The translations under genes and the position numbers were made by a program. Source: Rebecca billardiae RCC1528 (Eukaryota; Protista; Haptophyta). Taken from it: a DNA stretch of 64,000 nucleotides. The stretch is from positions 186,001-250,000 of the forward strand of contig OZ251224.1 in NCBI GenBank assembly GCA_965240325.2. Direction: 5' to 3'. The notes below the pieces were generated by a model, which was given only the letters and a program-made list of their open reading frames with translations, was not told the DNA's origin and made no database searches. Shown here piece by piece: positions 56,927-64,000 of this stretch (position 1 is the stretch's first letter; the number at the start of each line of letters is the position of its first letter).

Positions 56927-57287
56927 GCCGGCCGTGATGTGCACTGATATGACGATATGATGATGGCGGATTGATGATGATGCCTCATCATCAGATCGAG
57001 CGCGCGTAACTGTCACAGGCCTCGCTACTGCTGCTCACGCGCGCGCCCTGTCGCTGCTCACAGCGCTGCGCTCGCCGCGCAACTCAGCAGTCTGACGAGT
57101 ACGTACGACTTATTTAGTACTAGTGGCGCGGCCCTCGCGGGACAGTCAGGCCTCACTCAGTCCGCAGGCTCCTGAGCCAAATTCGGTCGTCCGAACGGCA
57201 ATAACTGCGGACCATTCATGCAGCAGCGAGTCGGCCTTCATAGTTCATCCGTTCCAGACCGCCCCGCAGCAATTTCAGTAGTATAGT

Positions 57288-57437
<150 letters not shown>

Positions 57438-57600
57438 GTGATGAGCGACTACGACTTCACTGACGAAATATAGCGGATGGCCCATGATGATGTCCATGAC
57501 CCGCCAGTCTCCGTCTAGCGCGCGCCGCGGCGGCGCCTGCTGTTCACGTGCTGGCGGGCAGTCTGCTGTCACTCGGCGCGGATCGATCAGTAGTTCTCCG

Positions 57601-58574
57601 TCATCGCGTGCTCGCCGGCTGGCCCGCCGCGTCCGCGCGCCGGTCCCGGTGCTGACGATGCTCGTCGTCGTCGCCAAAGCTCCAGCCCTTGTGCCGGAAG
57701 AAGGCGGCCGTGTCGGTGCCGCTCGGCAGGCAGCGCAGGTACACGCGCTTGATCAGCTCGACCTCGTCCGCGCGGTCGAGCTGCACGATGTGCTTCTCGA
57801 TGGCGAGCACGCCGAGGATCGTGCCCAGCCGGCCGAGCGCGCGCACCAGCCTGCCGTCCGCGTACCGCCTGCGCGCCATCAGCAGGTTGGCCGCCGCGTT
57901 CTCCACGACCGCCGTGTTGAAGTCGAGCTGCGCGGCGGCGCCCGGCGCGCGGCGCGCGCGCTCGTACGCGCCGTACACCTCGAGCGCCTCGTCGTCCGCG
58001 CCGCGCGCCTCGAGCAGCCGGCCCAGCTCCACGTACCCGTCCACCTCCGCCGGCGCCTGCCGGATCGCCGCGCGGTACGTGCCCTCGACCACGCCGTGCT
58101 CGGAGCCCGCCTCCACGTGCGCGCGCGCGAGCGTGAGCCAGTACTCCTGTGGGGGGCGCTCAAGGGGCGGGGCGCGCGGGGCGCGGCGTGCGGCGGCGGG
58201 CGCGGCGGCGGCCTCGCTCGGCGCGCCGGCCGGCGCGCACCCCTCGCACAGCGCCGCCCCCTCCGCCTCCGCCAGCCGCACCGCCGTCTGCAGCGCACTC
58301 AGCGCGTGCCCCACGCTCTGCCCCGGCAGAGGCATGTCCAGCGCGAGCTCGCCCGCCATGAAGTGTGCGCGCGCGTCGTGCGGGCCGAGGCGGAGGGCGA
58401 GGGCGGCGATGCGGTGGGCGAGCGCGCGGTGCTGCTGCCGCCCGAGCAGCAGCGTGTGCAGGTGCGCGCACCCCTGCATGGCGAGCGCTCGGCGCAGCTC
58501 CTCCGCCGCGGAGCGCGACGGGCGCGGCGGACTGTCGGCGGCCGGCGCGGCGGCGGGCGCGCGGGCGCGCGGGC

Positions 58575-58605
<31 letters not shown>

Positions 58606-61278
58606 CTCGCCCTCCTCGTCCTCGCCCTCGCCCTCGTCCTCCGCCGCCGCTTCGTGCTCGCCCGCGTAGCAGTGCAGCAGCCCGGCGTAGCTCTCAAAGT
58701 AGAGCGCCTCGAGCAGCACGTAGCACGGCGAGTAGCCGTGCGCGCGCAGGGCGGCGTGCAGCACCGCGGGCAGCGCGCGCGTGAGGGAGCGGTGCAGCGC
58801 CTCCGCCTCGAGCGGCTCGGCGGCGGCGTGGTGCAGCTGCGCGAGGACGGCGACGCCCTCGAGCACGTGCGCGGGGCTGAGCTCCTCCGCCGCCAGCTCG
58901 AGCGCCGCGCCGTGCGGGCCGTGCCAGTACGCCACGTGCGCGCCCTCCGCCGGCGGCGCGGGCGCGCCCGGCGCCGCGCCCGGCCGCGCGCGCGGCACGT
59001 TGGCCGCTCCGTCGAGCCATCCCTCGCAGCCGCGCAGGCAGGACCTGGCCTCGGCCCACTTGCCCAGCCGGCCGAGCGCGACGCCGAGCAGGGTGCGCGC
59101 GCACCGGTCGCGCGGCCGCGCCGCCACGCACGCGCGCAGCAGCGCGGCGGCGCGCTCGAGCACGCGCTGCGTCGCGGGCGCGAGCGCGGCCGCGCCGCCT
59201 GCGCCGCCGGCGCGAGCGCCGCGCCTCGCGCCGCCGCCGCCGCCGGTGCCGCCGCCGGCCAGCGCGTCCGCAGGCCGCCCCGCGCGCTCGAGCAGCACGC
59301 GCGCCAGCGCGCACCGCGGCTCGGGCCGATCCGGGCAGCGCACGTGCGCCGCCTCGAACGCCCGCTCCGCCCTGCCCAGCTCGCGCGCACCCTCGTCGCG
59401 CGCGCCGCGCTGCAGCGCCAACTCGTGCCGGGCGAGGCCGGCGGCAAAGTGAGTGGCGCCGAGGGCGGGCGCGGCGGCGGCCGCGGCCTCGAAGCACTCG
59501 GCGGCGTCGGAGAGGCGCTCGAGCGCCGCGCCGCTCACGGGGGCGCACGGGAGGGTCGGCGGCGCCGCGGGCTCGAGCGCGCGCCCGCGCGCGCCCACGT
59601 CGTCCGCGGGCGCGCCGGCGGGCGCGCCGGCGGCGGGCGCGCCGGCGGCGGGCGGCGCCGCGCCGGCCGCGCTGTCGTCATGCGGCGCGGCCTCGGGTGG
59701 CACGCCGAGCGCCGCGGGCGCGAGCGCCGGCGGCTGCGCCCCGCGCGCCGCCGCCCCGCGCGCCGCCGCCTCGCCGCCCTCCCCCTCCTCGAGCAGCGCC
59801 TCCGCCCGCTCCGCCGCGTACGCGCTCAGCTGCACGCGGCCGAGGGCGTGAAGCAGCCTTGCGCGCTGCAGCCGCGCCGGGCAGTCGTCGGGCTCCGAGG
59901 CGGCGGCGGCGGGCGGCGGGGTGAGCTCGTCGAGGGCGTCGCGTAGCGCGTCCTCCGCGCCGCTGAAGTCGCCCTCCGCGAGCACCAGCGCCTCGGCGGC
60001 GGCCACGAGCACCTCGATCGGCGGCAGCGCCACGGCGGCCGAGCCCAGCGCGTGCGCCGCGCCGCCGCGTGCGCCGCGGCGGCGCGTCGCGCGCGGCAGC
60101 GCGCACGCGCGCGCCTCGCACGCGGCGCGCGCGGCGGCCTCGGCGGCGGCCTCGCGCGCGCCGAGCGCGTGCAGCGCGGCCGCGTGGCGCACGAGCGCGG
60201 GGAGGCAGCGCGGCTCGAGCGCGAGGGCCGCCTCCGCGTGCCTCGCCGCCGTCGCCGCGCGGCCGAGCGCCGCGGCAGACTCGGCGGCCAGCAGGTGGGC
60301 GCGCGCGCGCGCGGCCGCGCTCGCGAGCGGCATCGGCGGCGGCGAGGGCGGCGGCGTGGAGGGCGAGGCGGGCTCGGTGGGCGCGCACGCCTCCGCCACG
60401 CCCGGCTCCAGCGCGTGCTCCGCGTGCGCCAGCGCGAGCTGCGGCCGCCAGCCCGCGTGCAGCAGCTGCGCAGCCGCATCGCACAGCGCGCACACCCAGG
60501 CGTCAGCCTCCGCGGCCGCGGGCCCGGCCGAGCCGGCGCGCGCGGCGACGGAGATGCGCGCGCTCGCGTCGGCGAGCGCGTCGCGCACCGCCGCCCACGA
60601 GACGCAGCCGTCCACGTGCGCCACGCGCCAGCGCAGCGCGCCCGCCCCGTCCTCGGCGACGGCGGCCGCGCACTCGGCGCGCGCGGCGCGGAAGGAGGCC
60701 GCGTCTGCCTCTGGCCGCCACGAGCCGTGCGCGCGCGCGAGGCACCAGAGCAGCCTGTGTGTGCCGGCGTCGCGCCGGGGGGTCGAGACGCCGCACGCCT
60801 CGCACACCGCGTGGCACCGCCGCGCGTGCGCCGCCAGCGCCGCGTGCGCGAGCGCGAGGCCGCAGTAGCCGCACTCGGCGCGCCGGTACGCGCACGCAGT
60901 CGCGACGTGGCTCGCGACTGCGCCCGCGGCGACGCGCGCGGGGCAGCCCAGCGTGGCGTTTGGACACGCGACGATGACGCTGGCCAGTCGGGTCTCCGAA
61001 GCCACGCACTGCGCCGGCCGCTCGTCCGAGCCGAGCGCGCGGCGGCACATCGGGCACGCGCGCTTGTGGCCGCGCCGCTCGAGGGTCGCCAGCCACAGGC
61101 CGATGCACGCGGCGCAGAAGCGGTGGGGCGCGGCGCATTCGGGGAGGAGGACTGGGTGCTGCATGAGCTGCATGCAGATCGGGCAGACCAGGTCGGGCGG
61201 TGGCGGTTGGTCCTCCTCGAGCAAGGGCCGAGCCTCGAGCTCGCCCTCCGCGAGACGCGCCGGGAGCGAAGACGCCAT
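57601..61278 (-). CDS. RING finger plus TRAF-type zinc fingers plus TPR-like repeats (putative E3 ubiquitin ligase)
   Basis: CPIC...PECAAPHRFCAAC...CPMCR RING; CPNATLGC...HVATAC...CGYC...HARRC TRAF-type fingers; TPR-like helices (YRAAIRQAPAEVDGYVELGRLL). Confidence 0.78.
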
Positions 61279-61633
61279 TTCCGCTAGCGTCCGGGGAAGG
61301 TCGTCGCTCGCCAGCCGCGCGCGCGCACCGTCGTTACTGGCAAAGATACTGAAGTACCCGGACTACCCGCCCTGAGTAAGTTCAATCATGTAACCGTGTC
61401 GTAACGTACACTGCGGGTATACCTAAAGGCTTAATGTCAATTATGATAGGTATCTACTGGAGGTGCGCATCAAGATGAATCTCCGAATCAGCAGCGCCAG
61501 CGGTGAGCAGCGGGTTCGAAGCGTCGTTGCAAGACCTCCTCGCCACAGCCCTTGCCGGACGGTGCACAAGTACTGCACACTGTCACTGCGCAGCAAGCTC
61601 CCTGTTATCAAGTGTGGCGGGCCTCGCTGCAAC

Positions 61634-62200
61634 ATGCTCTCGCGCCGCTCATCGCTGACCACCGCCCCGAGGCGGCCCCCCTCGCGCAAGAAGCGCATGA
61701 ATCAGCTCGACGAGGCGGATGTAGCCCGTGCGCGCGAGATGTTCGCCCAGCTCGACTCCAACGGCGACGGCTTCCTTGACACGCAGGAGATTGTCGAGGC
61801 GCTCAAGGGGCTGGGCCACGACGCCATCACGCTCATCGAGGTGAAGGAGCTGATGGCGCCGCACGATAAGGACATGAACGGCGGGCTCGATCTGCGCGAG
61901 TTCATGCGCATGATCGAGCTCAACTCCGCCCGGCTGAACACGCGCAAGAACAGGGACGTCCTCGACACCGAGTTCCTGTGCGCTTCGCTGGTCGGCATTG
62001 GCAAGGACGCATCTGCCGTGCGGATGATGAACCCTGCGGACCTGCGCGTCGAGTCCCAGAAGCTCGAAAGTGTATTGCACGGCATGTTCGGCCTCGAGCA
62101 CATCCGCGTCGAGGAGTACATCCAGCCGCCGATCACGTATGAGAAGCTGGTACGCTTCCTGACGAGTGACCGAGGGCCGGCAGCGCTTGTGCAAGGATGA
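61634..62200 (+). CDS. EF-hand calcium-binding protein (calmodulin/centrin-like N-lobe)
   Basis: EF loops DSNGDGFLDTQE and DKDMNGGLDLRE; start at MLSRR (61634) or MNQLD (61698). Confidence 0.82.
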   Translation: MLSRRSSLTTAPRRPPSRKKRMNQLDEADVARAREMFAQLDSNGDGFLDTQEIVEALKGLGHDAITLIEVKELMAPHDKDMNGGLDLREFMRMIELNSARLNTRKNRDVLDTEFLCASLVGIGKDASAVRMMNPADLRVESQKLESVLHGMFGLEHIRVEEYIQPPITYEKLVRFLTSDRGPAALVQG

Positions 62201-62614
62201 GGCCTGCCGCCCTGCACACAGCGTGCGCCAACGAGGCTGCGGCAAGCAGCCGGGAGGCGATGATCAGCGATCTCCTATTGGCCCCATGCACTGCCATCCT
62301 CCGCCGGCAGCCCGCAGGCGGCAGCGGATGACCGCCCGTGAAGCCGGCGGCGCGGCGCCAGCCTCCGCGCGCGCGGCCGGCCGACGCAGCGACGCCGCCG
62401 TCACGATTGTTTTAATGTTCTAAGCCGGCCCGCGGGCGAGAAGTCCAAATCAATACGATTCCCATTGCTAGGGCAGTAGGGCACCCCGCCGTCGCGTGAC
62501 GGCTAGAGCTTAGCTGTACGACGGTTCTACCGCGGCGCCCCGCGGTCCGCCGCGGTCCGGCCCGCGCGGCCCGGGACCGGGTCACCGAATTGATTATTGA
62601 ATATTGATCACCGA

Positions 62615-62638
62615 TCTCTCTCTCTCTCTCTCTCTCAA

Positions 62639-62715
<77 letters not shown>

Positions 62716-62734
62716 CTCTCTCTCTCTCTCTCTC
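62615..62734. repeat. (CT)n microsatellite
   Basis: Read directly from the sequence. Confidence 0.97.
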
Positions 62735-62958
62735 TATGGGATTCAAAGGCACCGCGGACTCTCAATTCCCGAGAGAGCGGGACGGCGCACCTGATGGTCC
62801 CGCTGTGCTTTCTCCCCCCTTGATTGAACCCCCTTGGTGCCTGTGACACGCCAAAGTGGCGGTGTGTGCCGTGCCGCCGACGGCAGAGCCCGTGGCCGTG
62901 CCCGTCGGTCTGGCGCGGTCTCGGCCGCGGGCAGAGCCACGCTGCCCGCTCCGAGGCC

Positions 62959-64000
62959 TCAGGGGATGGACGAGCCACCCGCGTCCGTCTCGTACTCGTA
63001 GTCGTCGCGGCTGCGCGCCCAGCGCGGCACGTCCTCCGCGGCCGGCGCGGCGCTGCCGCCCGGCCTCGCCTCGGCCAGCCGGCCGATCTCGAGCTGCGCG
63101 TCCTCGGCCGTCGTGCGCCAGTAGCAGCTGAACGCGCGCTGGCCGCGCTCGTCCGCGGCGCCGAGCGGCCGCACGATGCGCAGCTGCTCGCTCACGTACG
63201 TGCACGCGCGGTCGACGCTCACGGTGTTGGTGCTCACCACCGAGCCGCCCAGCTCGAGCCGGCCGTACCGCTCCGCGACGCAGCCGACAGCGGGCGGCGC
63301 ATCCGAGCCGGGCTGGTACTCGGCCGACCCCTTGAGCACGGCGACGGCGTGGCGGCCGAGGTCCTGGTCGGCGATCACTTCGACGACCTGCGCGTTTGGA
63401 TCGCCCTCGCCGAGGTTCTGCCAGTGCGCGATGAGCGTGCACGGCGCCGGCTCGCCCGCCCCCGAGAGGCCCGCGTGCGCCTCAGGCCCGGTGGAGAGCA
63501 TCAGCTTCCACATGCCCAGCTGTGCGGCGCGCGCGTCGGCGGGCGCCACGGAGGGCGAGAGGCGCTCGAGGGCGGCGACGACGTCCGCCACGCGCGCCTG
63601 CGCCTCGGCGTCCATCTCGCCCACCGACGGCGTCTCCAGGTCGGTGCCGAGGAAGAGCAGGGCGCCCTCGAGCGCGCGCGCGCACGTGCCGGGCGTGCGG
63701 TCAACCGTGAACGTGTACTCGGACGCCTCGGGGTCGATCGCGCGCGCGAGGTACCGGCCGGAGAGCGGCTCGCCATTCACCGCGGTGATCACGTCGCCTA
63801 CGCTCAGGTCGGGCTGCCCGCTGCTCCCGAGCACGACGTTGTCGCTGTCGACCTCGATGCCCAGCCCGTCTGCGCCGCGCCGCACCGTGACTTCGACGGC
63901 ACCACCGGCCTGCATGACGGCGGCAGCGACGGGGCGAGGATGAGGCGCCACGCGCCAGGCATGGACGATTGGCCTCGCCGGCGGTGGCGCGAACGCCGTC
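62959..64000 (-). CDS. PDZ plus PAP/fibrillin domain protein, probably plastid-targeted, 5'-truncated by the window edge
   Basis: Frame is open to the window end and reads TAFAPPPARP...; PDZ GLGI...LSVGDVITAVNG; fibrillin motifs VAALERLSP, LGMWKLMLST, TYVSEQLRIVR. Confidence 0.72.
   Translation of the reverse strand, partial: TAFAPPPARPIVHAWRVAPHPRPVAAAVMQAGGAVEVTVRRGADGLGIEVDSDNVVLGSSGQPDLSVGDVITAVNGEPLSGRYLARAIDPEASEYTFTVDRTPGTCARALEGALLFLGTDLETPSVGEMDAEAQARVADVVAALERLSPSVAPADARAAQLGMWKLMLSTGPEAHAGLSGAGEPAPCTLIAHWQNLGEGDPNAQVVEVIADQDLGRHAVAVLKGSAEYQPGSDAPPAVGCVAERYGRLELGGSVVSTNTVSVDRACTYVSEQLRIVRPLGAADERGQRAFSCYWRTTAEDAQLEIGRLAEARPGGSAAPAAEDVPRWARSRDDYEYETDAGGSSIP

Noticed and set aside
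62424-62590. Miniature degenerate copy of the A/B element ends
   Set aside because: Only short GC-rich matches (ggcccgcgg, ggttctac, cgcggtc), which could be chance.

Overview
Very GC-rich eukaryotic nuclear DNA with apparently intron-free genes and AT-richer, microsatellite-bearing spacers. An AFAP plastid-targeting motif on a fibrillin suggests an alga with a red-lineage complex plastid, most likely a haptophyte (inference). About 15 protein genes are supportable: a giant 5160-aa polycystin-1-like surface receptor (FG-GAP propeller, ~2300-aa Ser/Pro stalk, IPT, REJ, GPS, 5 TM, EF-hands), a GAF protein, a GT34 glycosyltransferase, a CCCH-DEDDh exonuclease, a bacterial-type SF1 helicase with a Vsr-like domain, PP1 inhibitor-3 (YPI1), a NACHT-like NTPase with ankyrin repeats, DUF218, Costars, an FkbM methyltransferase, a divergent hybrid histidine-kinase-like protein with an apparently circularly permuted receiver domain, a TupA-like ATP-grasp protein, a RING/TRAF/TPR protein, an EF-hand protein and a PDZ-fibrillin. 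Non-coding structure includes a 340-bp-arm inverted repeat, an 855-bp TIR element, a 1.95-kb TIR-like element, two ~2.4-kb Helentron/Helitron2-like non-autonomous elements with shared ends but unrelated cargo, and short dispersed repeats. All calls are by-eye motif recognition; no database searches were run.
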